Numbered from the stretch's first letter, positions 28,689 through 38,012 are shown. The stretch: DNA of 44,552 bases from Candidatus Omnitrophota bacterium (GCA_023818885.1 JAMWDD010000001.1:1-44552), one strand, 5' to 3'. Notes: generated from the sequence alone by a model not told the origin. Numbers and translations are program-made.

Positions 28689-29948
28689 ATGGAGCGCGCA
28701 CTTTTAGTAACCATCAGGTTTGATTCGGATAGAGATGAGTGGAGAGTTGAGGATTTAAGCAGGGAATTGGAGCAATTGGTTAATTCCTGCGGTGTAGAGA
28801 TAGTTGACCATGTAGTTACTCGACCAGATAAACCGCAGGCAACTTATTTGATTGGAAGGGGTAAGGCAGAAGAAATTGCGGATATCTGTTACGCGGCGGA
28901 TATTGACACGGTAATCTTTAGCCATGATTTAAGCGGTACCCAGCAGAGAAATTTAGAAGAAATTATTAGGAGAAAGACCATTGACCGGACACAGTTGATT
29001 TTAGATATTTTTGCCCAGCATGCTAGATCTCCAGAAGGGTACCTGCAGGTAGAGTTGGCGCAGTTACAATATCTCTTTCCCCGTTTAATTGGTAAAGGAA
29101 TTATTTTATCGCGCTTGGGAGGCGGTATTGGCACGCGGGGTCCAGGAGAGCAAAAACTTGAGGTAGACAGACGCCGAATTCGAAAACGCATTGACAAATT
29201 AAAAGATGAGTTAAGACAACTTAAGATACACCGCGCCATCATCCGCGGTAAAAGAAAAGAACAACTTATCCCCTCCATCGCCTTGGTGGGTTATACCTCT
29301 TCTGGTAAATCTACCCTTTTAAATGCGTTAACCGGGGCACATCAACCTACGCGAGATACTTTATTTACGACCTTGGATCCTCTTTCACGGATATGTCTGC
29401 TGCCTAATGGCGAAAAGATCGTCATTTCGGATACCGTGGGTTTTTTGCACCAACTGCCGCATCATCTTATTGAGGCATTTAAGGCAACGCTGGAGGAAGT
29501 AATAGAGGCAGACCTTTTAATCCATGTCTTGGACATTAGCCATAAAATGTATCGGCAACACGCCCAGGCAGTTTATGAGGTATTGAAAGAATTAAGGGTG
29601 GATTCCAAGCCCATAATTACGGTTTTAAATAAGATTGACCTGTTAGAAGATAGGTCTTGGATTATGCAGGAAGAGAAAGAAATGCCTAATTCCGTGGCAA
29701 TTTCTGCGAAATTAAAAGAAAACTTAGAGGCACTTCTTAACAAGATTCAGCAAGAATTTAGTTTTCGGCAGGTTACTTTAAATTTGAGGATTCCGCTTAA
29801 AAGGATGGATTTAGTGGATTTATTTTATCGCCAAGGCAAGGTGCTTCAGGTAGATTATCAGCAAAAAGGCATAAATATCAAGGTAAATCTTCCAAAACCC
29901 TTTGCTTATAAGGTCTTGAAAGACAAAGACATAGAGAAAGTTTATTAG
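28689..29948 (+). CDS. hflX: GTPase HflX
   Basis: HflX N-domain (LILDIFAQHA, QVELAQL), GPGE.KLE, and G-domain GYTSSGKST, DTVGF and NKID motifs. Confidence 0.9.
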   Translation: MERALLVTIRFDSDRDEWRVEDLSRELEQLVNSCGVEIVDHVVTRPDKPQATYLIGRGKAEEIADICYAADIDTVIFSHDLSGTQQRNLEEIIRRKTIDRTQLILDIFAQHARSPEGYLQVELAQLQYLFPRLIGKGIILSRLGGGIGTRGPGEQKLEVDRRRIRKRIDKLKDELRQLKIHRAIIRGKRKEQLIPSIALVGYTSSGKSTLLNALTGAHQPTRDTLFTTLDPLSRICLLPNGEKIVISDTVGFLHQLPHHLIEAFKATLEEVIEADLLIHVLDISHKMYRQHAQAVYEVLKELRVDSKPIITVLNKIDLLEDRSWIMQEEKEMPNSVAISAKLKENLEALLNKIQQEFSFRQVTLNLRIPLKRMDLVDLFYRQGKVLQVDYQQKGINIKVNLPKPFAYKVLKDKDIEKVY

Positions 29949-29997
29949 AATATCGAATAATTTTTGTTAGAATATCTTGACAAAACAATTAGAATAT
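29945..29997 (+). repeat. three perfect direct copies of TTAGAATAT at exactly 22-bp phasing
   Basis: Copies at 29945-29953, 29967-29975 and 29989-29997. They bracket the -35 and occupy the spacer of the hspR promoter. Confidence 0.8.
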
Positions 29998-30005
29998 AGT
30001 ATACT
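29977..30005 (+). promoter_or_regulatory. candidate sigma70-type promoter of the hspR-hsp20-clpB unit (TTGACA-17-TATACT)
   Basis: TTGACA at 29977-29982 and TATACT at 30000-30005. RBS AAGGAGG lies upstream of ATG 30030. Confidence 0.6.
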
Positions 30006-30029
30006 TATCTTGGCATAAAGGAGGCGAAA

Positions 30030-30293
30030 ATGCCTTTATTTGATATCCAAATCAGTCCGGATGAGCCGGTTTATGTGATTAGTGTGGTAAGTAAACTTTT
30101 GAATATTCCGGTCTGGACCTTGCGCCAATTAGATAAGGTAGGGATTGTGCGGCCAAAAAGGATAGGCAAAAAAAGTCGGCTTTATTCACTTAAAGACATC
30201 AAAAAGTTGGAATATGTGCATTATTTGATGCAAGATAAACACGTAAATATCAGCGGCGTCAAGATTATTTTAGAAAAGGAAGAGATAGAATAA
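30030..30293 (+). CDS. hspR: MerR-family transcriptional regulator, HspR-like (short, 87 aa)
   Basis: MerR HTH (YVISVVSKLLNIPVWTLRQLDKVGIVRPKR..G..RLYS..DI). Lies directly upstream of hsp20 and clpB. Confidence 0.7.
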   Translation: MPLFDIQISPDEPVYVISVVSKLLNIPVWTLRQLDKVGIVRPKRIGKKSRLYSLKDIKKLEYVHYLMQDKHVNISGVKIILEKEEIE

Positions 30294-30309
30294 TTTTTTT
30301 GCTTATAAA

Positions 30310-30336
30310 TTAGCAGATGTAAATATAGAGTGCTAA
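30310..30336 (+). promoter_or_regulatory. CIRCE-like element TTAGCAGAT-N9-GAGTGCTAA (HrcA operator candidate)
   Basis: The right arm matches the CIRCE consensus GAGTGCTAA 9/9, the left arm matches TTAGCACTC 6/9, and the spacer is exactly 9 nt. It lies 42 nt upstream of the hsp20 ATG. Confidence 0.5.
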
Positions 30337-30377
30337 TTATAGATTTGCCGGGGAGAGAGAAAAAGGAGGTGAGGGAT

Positions 30378-30836
30378 ATGGCATTAATAAAGTGGCAAGG
30401 AAAAGAATGGGATCCTTTTCGCGAGTTAATGGATTTGCAACGCGACATTGATAATCTATTTAACGCTTCTTGGGAGAGGTTACCTGCTCGACTTTCGCAA
30501 GAAGCGACATGGTTGCCTTCTTTGGATGTTGCTGAAGATAAAGACAACATTGTGATTAAAGTAGACCTACCCGGAGTAAAGCAGTCAGATATTGATGTTT
30601 CGGTAAGCGGGGATATTCTTACGATTAAAGGAGAAAGAAAACAAGAACAAGAGATTAAAGAAAAGAAGCTTCACCGTATCGAGCGATTCTATGGTTCATT
30701 TAGTCGCAGTTTGAGTTTGCCGGATTTTGTAGATTCTTCTAAGATCTCTGCAGTCTATAAAGACGGCGTTTTGGAGGTAACTTTGCCTAAAACGGAAAAG
30801 GCAAAACCAAAACAAATAAAAGTAGAAGTGAAGTAA
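30378..30836 (+). CDS. small heat shock protein, Hsp20/alpha-crystallin family
   Basis: alpha-crystallin domain (PSLDVAEDKDNIVIKVDLPGV...ERFYGSFSRSLSLP...GVLEVTLPK). ATG 30378 lies 8 nt after AGGAGG. The ORF is open from GTG 30330, which sits inside the CIRCE-like element. Confidence 0.9.
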   Translation: MALIKWQGKEWDPFRELMDLQRDIDNLFNASWERLPARLSQEATWLPSLDVAEDKDNIVIKVDLPGVKQSDIDVSVSGDILTIKGERKQEQEIKEKKLHRIERFYGSFSRSLSLPDFVDSSKISAVYKDGVLEVTLPKTEKAKPKQIKVEVK

Positions 30837-30887
30837 AGTAAAGATATTCTCTCCTCGGCATTTAAATTTTATAACAGAGAGGCAAAG

Positions 30888-33476
30888 ATGAAATTAGAAA
30901 AATTTACCCTTAAGATGCAAGAAGCCATAGAGGATGCTCTTTTCCTGGCGCGGGAATATACCCACCAGCAGATAGAGCCAGAACACCTTCTTTATACCTT
31001 GCTAAAACAGGAAGACAGCATCATTATTTCTATTCTGGATAACTTGGGCCTGGCTTCTTTTTCGATTATTAAGTCATTAGAAGAAGAATTGAAAAATAAG
31101 CCCAAGGTAAGTAGTCCTCGCCAAGAGGTCTATTTTTCGCAAAGATTAAATAAGGTCCTTATGGATGCGCAAAAAGAGGCAAAAATTTTAAATGATGAAT
31201 ATATCTCAGGCGAACATATACTATTGGCGGAGTTTAATGATATAGAATCTTTAATCTACCGTGAATTTAAAAAAGCAGGCATTGACAAAGAAAGAGTTCT
31301 TTTTGCTTTGCAGCAAGTAAGAGGAAACCAGCGTATTACCGATGTCAATCCTGAGGAGAAGTTTAAGCCATTAGAAAGATACGGCCGCGATTTAACCGAA
31401 CTGGCTAACCAAGGAAGATTAGACCCGGTAATTGGCCGAGACGATGAAATCAGAAGGCTTATTCAGGTAATCTTAAGACGTACAAAAAATAATCCGGTTT
31501 TAATCGGCGATGCCGGCGTAGGTAAGACTGCGATTGTAGAAGGCCTGGCCCAACGTATTGTCCAAAAAGATGTGCCAGAGGGCCTGAAGAACAAAAGAAT
31601 CATTGCTTTGGATTTAGGCAGTCTGGTGGCCGGCACAAAATTTCGCGGAGAATTTGAGGACCGTTTAAAGGCGGTCTTAAGAGAGATTGAGGCGCGTGAT
31701 GGAGAAATTATCATTTTTATTGATGAATTGCATACATTAGTAGGCGCTGGTAACGCCGAGGGTGCAGTAGACGCCTCCAATATGCTTAAACCAGCGTTAG
31801 CCAGAGGCAGTTTACGTTGTATCGGTGCTACCACTTTAGATGAATATCGCAAATATATTGAAAAAGATGCGGCTTTAGAACGCCGATTTCAGCCGATTTA
31901 TGTGGAACAACCTTCCGTAGAAGACACTATTGCCATTTTGCGTGGTTTAAAAGAGCGCTATGAACTTTATCATGGTGTGCGTATAAAAGACAGCGCCCTG
32001 ATTGCTGCAGCCACCCTTTCCAATCGTTATATTACGGAAAGGTTCTTGCCGGACAAAGCCATTGATTTAATAGATGAAGCAGCCAGCCGTTTGCGGATGG
32101 AGATAGATAGTAAACCCCAGGAATTAGATGAAGTGGATAGAAAAATTATGCAACTGGAGATTGAGCGCCAGGCCTTGCGCAAGGAAAAAGATAAAAGCGC
32201 AGCGGAAAAACTCGATATTTTAGAAAAAGAGTTGCGGGCTTGGCAGAAGAAAAGTCAGGATTTATCTATAAAATGGCGGAAAGAAAAAGATTTGATTATT
32301 GAGGTGCGCAAGATAAAAGAGGAAATAGAGCAGGCACGTCATGAAGAAAAAGAGGCAGAGAAGAGGGCCGACCTTGCTCGTGTAGCAGAAATCAGATACG
32401 GTCGCATAAGAGAATTAGAAAATAAATTAAAAGATTCCACACAAAAATTGGCAGAGTTACAGCGACAAGGTTCTCTTTTAAAAGAAGAAGTAGATGAGGA
32501 TGATATTGCTGAGGTTGTCTCTAAATGGACAGGGATTCCTTTAACTAAGCTTATGGAGACAGAAACCACTAAATTGCTTAAGATGGAGGAACGTTTGAAG
32601 ACGCGCCTCGTCGGTCAGGATAAGGCAGTAGAGTTGGTTTCTTCTTGTATCCGCCGTTCGCGCAGCGGTTTATCTGACCCCAATAGACCCAGTGGCGTAT
32701 TTATCTTTGTAGGGCCGACCGGCGTGGGCAAGACAGAATTGGCCAAGTCTCTGGCGTGGTTTTTGTTTGATGATGAACAGGCATTGGTGCGCATTGATAT
32801 GTCAGAATATATGGAGAAACACGCGGTCTCACGATTGATTGGCGCACCACCCGGCTATGTGGGTTATGAAGAGGGAGGGCAGCTGACCGAGGCCATTAGA
32901 CGCCGGCCGTATTCAGTAATTCTTTTTGATGAGATTGAAAAGGCCAGTCCCGAGGTATTTAATTTATTATTGCAGATATTTGACGATGGTCGGCTGACCG
33001 ATGGTCAAGGTCGGCAGATTAACTTTAAAAATACGGTGATTATCATGACTTCTAATTTGGGTACCGGGCATTTTAGCAGAGACGATAGCCCCGAACAAAT
33101 TAAGAGGATTGTTCATGAGGAATTGAGAAAACATTTTCGGCCAGAGTTTTTAAACCGCATTGATGAAGTGGTGGTCTTTAATTATTTGGATAAAGAAGAT
33201 ATGGCCAAAATTGTCAATATTCAACTGGATTTAGTCAAGCAGCGTCTGAAACAAACAAACTCTATAGAATTGAATTTTACGGATAAGGTAGTGGCATATC
33301 TGGCAGAGGCGGGTTTTGACCCAGTTTTTGGCGCGCGACCCCTTAAGCGCCTCATACAAAAAAAGGTTGTTGATCCTCTGGCAATGGGGATTTTAAATGG
33401 TCAAATCCAGCCCCAACATAAAGTTAAGATGGACATAAAGGAGGGCGAAATAATCTTTTCTTGTGTAGACAATTAG
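30888..33476 (+). CDS. clpB: ATP-dependent chaperone/disaggregase ClpB
   Basis: Two AAA+ modules ([16 protein letters not shown]), a long coiled-coil middle domain and the Clp N-domain. 862 aa. Confidence 0.93.
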   Translation: MKLEKFTLKMQEAIEDALFLAREYTHQQIEPEHLLYTLLKQEDSIIISILDNLGLASFSIIKSLEEELKNKPKVSSPRQEVYFSQRLNKVLMDAQKEAKILNDEYISGEHILLAEFNDIESLIYREFKKAGIDKERVLFALQQVRGNQRITDVNPEEKFKPLERYGRDLTELANQGRLDPVIGRDDEIRRLIQVILRRTKNNPVLIGDAGVGKTAIVEGLAQRIVQKDVPEGLKNKRIIALDLGSLVAGTKFRGEFEDRLKAVLREIEARDGEIIIFIDELHTLVGAGNAEGAVDASNMLKPALARGSLRCIGATTLDEYRKYIEKDAALERRFQPIYVEQPSVEDTIAILRGLKERYELYHGVRIKDSALIAAATLSNRYITERFLPDKAIDLIDEAASRLRMEIDSKPQELDEVDRKIMQLEIERQALRKEKDKSAAEKLDILEKELRAWQKKSQDLSIKWRKEKDLIIEVRKIKEEIEQARHEEKEAEKRADLARVAEIRYGRIRELENKLKDSTQKLAELQRQGSLLKEEVDEDDIAEVVSKWTGIPLTKLMETETTKLLKMEERLKTRLVGQDKAVELVSSCIRRSRSGLSDPNRPSGVFIFVGPTGVGKTELAKSLAWFLFDDEQALVRIDMSEYMEKHAVSRLIGAPPGYVGYEEGGQLTEAIRRRPYSVILFDEIEKASPEVFNLLLQIFDDGRLTDGQGRQINFKNTVIIMTSNLGTGHFSRDDSPEQIKRIVHEELRKHFRPEFLNRIDEVVVFNYLDKEDMAKIVNIQLDLVKQRLKQTNSIELNFTDKVVAYLAEAGFDPVFGARPLKRLIQKKVVDPLAMGILNGQIQPQHKVKMDIKEGEIIFSCVDN

Positions 33477-33483
33477 CCAGCCG

Positions 33484-33511
33484 TTGACAAGTTTATTTTT
33501 TATGCTATCAT
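33484..33511 (+). promoter_or_regulatory. candidate promoter of the hrcA-grpE-dnaK operon (TTGACA-16-TATCAT)
   Basis: TTGACA at 33484-33489 and TATCAT at 33506-33511. No CIRCE-like repeat is visible in this spacer. Confidence 0.45.
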
Positions 33512-33541
33512 AAAAGTTTACGATAAAAAGAGGGTATAATT

Positions 33542-34279
33542 ATGGTAAGAAATATTGATTATGCGCAGAGAAAAAAAGACATTTTAACCTCCACCATTAA
33601 CAGGTATATCCAAGATGCGGTGCCGGTTGCTTCGGAAGATATTGCCAGGGATTTTGATTTAAGTCCTGCAACTATTCGCAATGTTTTTGCGGAATTAGAA
33701 AAAGACGGTTTTTTGACCCATCCTTATACTTCCGGAGGGAGGATCCCTACAAATAAAGGATACCGCTACTATGTGGATTTTTTGCTTTCGCAAATGGAAT
33801 TATTAGAAGAAGATAAAGAATTTATCGTGAGAAAATACAAAAGCGAGATTAAATGTCTTGAGGATGTGCTGGAGAAAACTTCAGAGATTATTTCGGCAAT
33901 TACGCATTATACTGGTATCGTTTCTTTACTTGAATGGCAGGATAGATTTTTCTATAAAGGCGTAAGTTTTATTTTAGAGGAACCAGAGTTTCGCGATGCG
34001 GAAAGAGTACGGATGCTGATTAAGTTAATAGAGGAGAGGCGGCGTATTCTTGATATCGTTAACCGGGATTTTTGCGGAAACGTAAAGGTTTATATTGGCG
34101 ATGAACTAGGTCTGCCCGAGATAGAGAATTGTTCGCTGGTGGTTTCGCGTTATTGTATAAATGACCAGCCCTCAGGCCGGTTGGCAGTTTTGGGTCCCAA
34201 ACGGATGAAATATAGATATACGATTCCTGCGCTGGAGTATATTTCCAATATATTAAACGGCGTACTGACGAGAATTTAA
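33542..34279 (+). CDS. hrcA: heat-inducible transcription repressor HrcA (unusually short, 245 aa)
   Basis: N-terminal winged helix (VPVASEDIARDFDLSPATIRNVFAELEKDGFLTHPYTSGGRIPTNKGYRYYVD) and C-terminal ENCSLVVSRY...GRLAVLGPKRMKY. Upstream of grpE-dnaK-dnaJ. Confidence 0.85.
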   Translation: MVRNIDYAQRKKDILTSTINRYIQDAVPVASEDIARDFDLSPATIRNVFAELEKDGFLTHPYTSGGRIPTNKGYRYYVDFLLSQMELLEEDKEFIVRKYKSEIKCLEDVLEKTSEIISAITHYTGIVSLLEWQDRFFYKGVSFILEEPEFRDAERVRMLIKLIEERRRILDIVNRDFCGNVKVYIGDELGLPEIENCSLVVSRYCINDQPSGRLAVLGPKRMKYRYTIPALEYISNILNGVLTRI

Positions 34280-34280
34280 A

Positions 34281-34817
34281 ATGGATAATAAGGCGCAAGA
34301 TAAAAAAGGAAATCAATCAGAAACTAAAGAAGAAAAGACCATTACCTTGAAAGAGTCCGAATATCTTAAATTAAAAGAAGAGGCGGATAAGGCAAAGGAA
34401 TATTGGGAAAGGATCTTAAGGCTTCAAGCAGATTTTGAAAACACGCGCAAGCGTCTAGAGAGGGAAAAGCAGGATTTTATAAAGTTTGCTAATGAGGCAA
34501 TCATTTTAGAATTTTTAAATATTTTGGATGATTTGGAACGTACGGTAAATCTGGCGGAGACAAAACACCAGGATTTGTCTGCTTTTTTAAAAGGTGTAGA
34601 GATGATTCTGGCACATCTTTATGAGATGTTGAAGGAGCATGGGGTTAGGCCTATTGAGGCAAAAGGCAAGATATTTGATCCCCATTTACATGAGGCGCTG
34701 ATGCAAGTAGAAAACAAAGATTTACCTGAGAATACCGTGATTGAGGAATTGCAAAAGGGATACCTTTTAAATGACAGAGTGATAAGGACAGCAAAAGTTA
34801 AGGTTTCAAAGAGATAA
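34281..34817 (+). CDS. grpE: nucleotide exchange factor GrpE
   Basis: RLQADFENTRKR, FDPHLHEA and GYLLNDRVIR motifs. Confidence 0.92.
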   Translation: MDNKAQDKKGNQSETKEEKTITLKESEYLKLKEEADKAKEYWERILRLQADFENTRKRLEREKQDFIKFANEAIILEFLNILDDLERTVNLAETKHQDLSAFLKGVEMILAHLYEMLKEHGVRPIEAKGKIFDPHLHEALMQVENKDLPENTVIEELQKGYLLNDRVIRTAKVKVSKR

Positions 34818-34835
34818 TAAAGGAGGTTGGGTAAG

Positions 34836-36737
34836 ATGGCTAAAGTGATTGGTATTGATTTAGGAACGTCTAATTCTGCTGCCGCAGTAATGGAGGCAGG
34901 CAGACCCGTCATTATTCCTTCTGCGGAAGGTGCGGGTGTGGCTTCCGGAAAGGCGTTTCCTTCTTACGTTGCTTTTACCAAAGACGGTCAGCGATTGGTG
35001 GGTGAGCCGGCGCGTCGACAGGCAGCCATCAATCCTGAGGGTACTATTCAGGCGGCAAAGCGTAAGATGGGTACGGATTATAAATTTAAGGTCTTTGGTA
35101 AAGAATATACGCCGCAGCAAATTTCGGCTTTTATTCTACAGAAAATCAAGCAGGACGCCGAGGTCTATTTAGGCGATAAAGTGGAAGAGGCAGTGATTAC
35201 CTGCCCGGCCTATTTTGATGATAATCAAAGGACGGCTACCAAGGATGCGGGAGAGATTGCTGGCCTGAAGGTATTAAGAATTATTAATGAACCGACTGCT
35301 GCCTGTCTGGCTTATGGCCTTGAGAAAGCAGGCAAAGAATTAAAAATTCTGGTGTTTGATTTTGGTGGTGGGACGCTTGATGTGACGATTATGGAGATGT
35401 GGAAAGAGGGCGGTTTTAAGGTTATGGCTACCTCTGGCGATACACAATTGGGCGGCACGGATATGGATAACGCGCTGATTGATTATATTGTCAATCAATT
35501 CAAAAGTGATACGGGGATTGATTTAAGAAATGATAAAATGGCAATGCAGCGTCTGCGTGAGGCAGCGGAAAAGGCAAAGGTGGAGTTATCCAGTACTTTA
35601 ACCACTGATATTAATCTTCCCTTTATTACTGCGGATGCTACCGGGCCAAAGCATCTGACGATGTCAATCAATCGCGCAAAACTGGAAGAGTTAGTTACAC
35701 CGATTATTGAAAGGTGTCGTGGTCCTTTAGAGCGGGCAATAAAGGATGCGCAAGAGGCCTTTAGAAAAGAGGGCATAGATTTTAGCGGCAGGGATATTGA
35801 TAAGATTATCATGGTGGGCGGTCCCACGCGCATGCCGATCGTGCAGAAATTTGTAGAGGACTATTTTGGCAAAAAGATTGAGCGGGGCGTTGACCCCATG
35901 GAGTGTGTGGCGATGGGTGCCGCGATTCAGGCGGCAATAATTAAGGGTGAAGTGAAGGATGTTTTGCTTTTGGACGTTACACCCCTGTCATTGGGCATTG
36001 AGACACTGGGTGGGGTAAATACGCGACTGATTGAAAGGAATACAACCATCCCGACAAGAAAAAGTCAGATTTTCTCAACTGCTGCTGATAATCAGACCGC
36101 GGTAACTATCCGCGTGCTTCAGGGTGAACGACCCATGGCCGATGATAATGTGGAACTGGGGAGATTTGATTTGGTGGGTATTCCGCCTGCCCCGCGGGGG
36201 GTGCCGCAGATTGAAGTTACCTTTGATATTGATGCCAATGGTATTGTACATGTTTCTGCAAAAGATTTAGGTACAGGCAAAGAGCAGTCCATACGCATTA
36301 CCGCGCCCAAGAAACTTTCTAAAGAAGAGATAGAAAAGATGGTAAAAGAGGCAGAGAAATTTGCTGCAGAAGATAACAAACGCAGAGAAGAGGTAGAGAC
36401 CATAAATCAGGCGGACCAGCTTATTTATGTAACGGAAAAATCTTTAAAGGATTTTGGTAATAAAATTAGCCAGAGCGAGCGTCTTGATATTGAGGCAAAG
36501 ATTAATGATTTAAAGACCGCAATTAAGGATAAAAATATAGAGAGAATTAAAAAGGGTATGGATGATTTGACGCGCGCCAGTCATAAATTAGCAGAAGAGA
36601 TATATAAACAGCAGGCGCAGAGACAACAAACCGCCCAGGGGCCATCTGCCGAAGAAAAGACAGAAGAACCCAAAAAGAAGGAGAAAGAAGATATAATTGA
36701 CGCGGAATATAAAGAAGAAGACGAAGGTAAAAAGTAA
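34836..36737 (+). CDS. dnaK: molecular chaperone DnaK (Hsp70)
   Basis: [19 protein letters not shown] and VGGPTRMP motifs. ATG 34836 lies 9 nt after AGGAGG (34821-34826). The track start, TTG 34827, abuts the RBS. Confidence 0.95.
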   Translation: MAKVIGIDLGTSNSAAAVMEAGRPVIIPSAEGAGVASGKAFPSYVAFTKDGQRLVGEPARRQAAINPEGTIQAAKRKMGTDYKFKVFGKEYTPQQISAFILQKIKQDAEVYLGDKVEEAVITCPAYFDDNQRTATKDAGEIAGLKVLRIINEPTAACLAYGLEKAGKELKILVFDFGGGTLDVTIMEMWKEGGFKVMATSGDTQLGGTDMDNALIDYIVNQFKSDTGIDLRNDKMAMQRLREAAEKAKVELSSTLTTDINLPFITADATGPKHLTMSINRAKLEELVTPIIERCRGPLERAIKDAQEAFRKEGIDFSGRDIDKIIMVGGPTRMPIVQKFVEDYFGKKIERGVDPMECVAMGAAIQAAIIKGEVKDVLLLDVTPLSLGIETLGGVNTRLIERNTTIPTRKSQIFSTAADNQTAVTIRVLQGERPMADDNVELGRFDLVGIPPAPRGVPQIEVTFDIDANGIVHVSAKDLGTGKEQSIRITAPKKLSKEEIEKMVKEAEKFAAEDNKRREEVETINQADQLIYVTEKSLKDFGNKISQSERLDIEAKINDLKTAIKDKNIERIKKGMDDLTRASHKLAEEIYKQQAQRQQTAQGPSAEEKTEEPKKKEKEDIIDAEYKEEDEGKK

Positions 36738-36742
36738 AATTT

Positions 36743-36835
36743 TAATTTCTAATTTCTAATGTCAAATGCCGAATAAATTACTAATTTCTTAATGTCTAAC
36801 TAGCGGGTTGTCTTAGTCATTCGGACTTAGTCATT
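36743..36835 (+). repeat. cluster of short direct repeats in the dnaK-dnaJ spacer
   Basis: Tandem heptamers TAATTTC/TAATTTC/TAATGTC (36743-36763). The motif recurs as TAATTTC-T-TAATGTC (36782-36796). CTTAGTCATT occurs twice with a 14-nt period (36812-36821 and 36826-36835). Confidence 0.7.
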
Positions 36836-36839
36836 AGGT

Positions 36840-38012
36840 ATGGTTCTCTCAAATACGATGTCTACGCAGCGCGATTATTACGAAATACTGGGTGTGCAAA
36901 AAAAGGCTTCTTTGGATGAGATAAAAAAGGCCTATCGTCAGATGGTTTTGCGTTATCATCCAGATAGGGTCCCTCCTGAGCAAAAGAAAGAAGCAGAAGA
37001 AAAATTTAAGGAAGTTTCCGAAGCATATGCCGTTTTATCTGACCCCCCAAAGCGCGCCTTATATGACCAATACGGACACGCGGGCATAGACCAGAGATAC
37101 GCTTATGAGGATATCTTTAAAGGTGCAGATTTTAGCAGTATATTTGAAGATTTAGCCGAATTTGGTTTTGGCGGTGGGATTTTTGACGAAATATTTGGCG
37201 ATCTTGGATTTGATATTTTTGGCACCCGTAGCCGGAGGCGTGCGCCAGGTCGGCGAGGCAGAGACATCCAGATTAATTTAGATATAACCCTAGAAGAAGC
37301 AGCCCGGGGGACAGAAAAAATAATTACTGTGCCGCGTTATGAGGCCTGTTCAACTTGCGGAGGAACAGGTGTCAAGCCGGGCAGCAAAAAAATTACCTGT
37401 CCGCAATGTAAAGGCAAAGGTAGCACAGTAGTTTCCAGTGGCTTTTTCCAGCTTAAACAGACCTGTGCGCGTTGCCAGGGCGAGGGGTGGATAATTCAGA
37501 CACCTTGTCCTGATTGTCGCGGAGAAGGCCGCATAAGGGTAAGCCGCAAGATTAGGGTAAAGGTTCCCGCGGGTGTAGATACAGGTTCACATTTAAGAAT
37601 AAGGGGGGAAGGTGAATCAGGACCTGCAGGAAGCGGAGATTTGTATGTGATTATTAATGTCCTGCCTCATAAAGTATTTTCCCGAGAAGGAAACGATATT
37701 TTGGTGGAGAAGAGCATCACCTTGACCAAGGCAATATTGGGAGGGGAGGTAGAAGTCCCTACCCTGGAAGGTAAGGTGGAGATGAAAATTCCGCCGGGAA
37801 CACAGAGCAACCGAATCTTTAGACTTAAAGGCAAGGGTATACCTGATGTGCATGGTCGGGGTCAAGGGGATGAATTAGTAAGGGTAATTGTTGAGATCCC
37901 CACAAAGCTTACTGCCGAACAACGCCGGTTAATTGAGGAATTTGCCCGGCTGTCGGGCGAAGAGGTGATAAAAGAAAGTTTTGCCGATAAAATTAAAAGG
38001 ACATTTCGCTAA
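36840..38012 (+). CDS. dnaJ: molecular chaperone DnaJ (type I)
   Basis: J domain (DYYEILGV...YHPDR), G/F region and four CxxCxGxG zinc motifs ([32 protein letters not shown]). ATG 36858 (MSTQRDYYE...) is an alternative start. Confidence 0.92.
   Translation: MVLSNTMSTQRDYYEILGVQKKASLDEIKKAYRQMVLRYHPDRVPPEQKKEAEEKFKEVSEAYAVLSDPPKRALYDQYGHAGIDQRYAYEDIFKGADFSSIFEDLAEFGFGGGIFDEIFGDLGFDIFGTRSRRRAPGRRGRDIQINLDITLEEAARGTEKIITVPRYEACSTCGGTGVKPGSKKITCPQCKGKGSTVVSSGFFQLKQTCARCQGEGWIIQTPCPDCRGEGRIRVSRKIRVKVPAGVDTGSHLRIRGEGESGPAGSGDLYVIINVLPHKVFSREGNDILVEKSITLTKAILGGEVEVPTLEGKVEMKIPPGTQSNRIFRLKGKGIPDVHGRGQGDELVRVIVEIPTKLTAEQRRLIEEFARLSGEEVIKESFADKIKRTFR

Noticed and set aside
29949-30887. Search for the HspR-associated inverted repeat (HAIR, CTTGAGT-N7-ACTCAAG) near hspR, hsp20 and clpB
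   Set aside because: I found no match or near-match by eye in the three spacers. Only the TTAGAATAT direct repeats and the CIRCE-like element are present.
30837-30887. Possible terminator hairpin between hsp20 and clpB (TCTCT...AGAGA)
   Set aside because: There are only 5 bp of pairing with a ~25-nt loop and no U-tract, so it is not credible.
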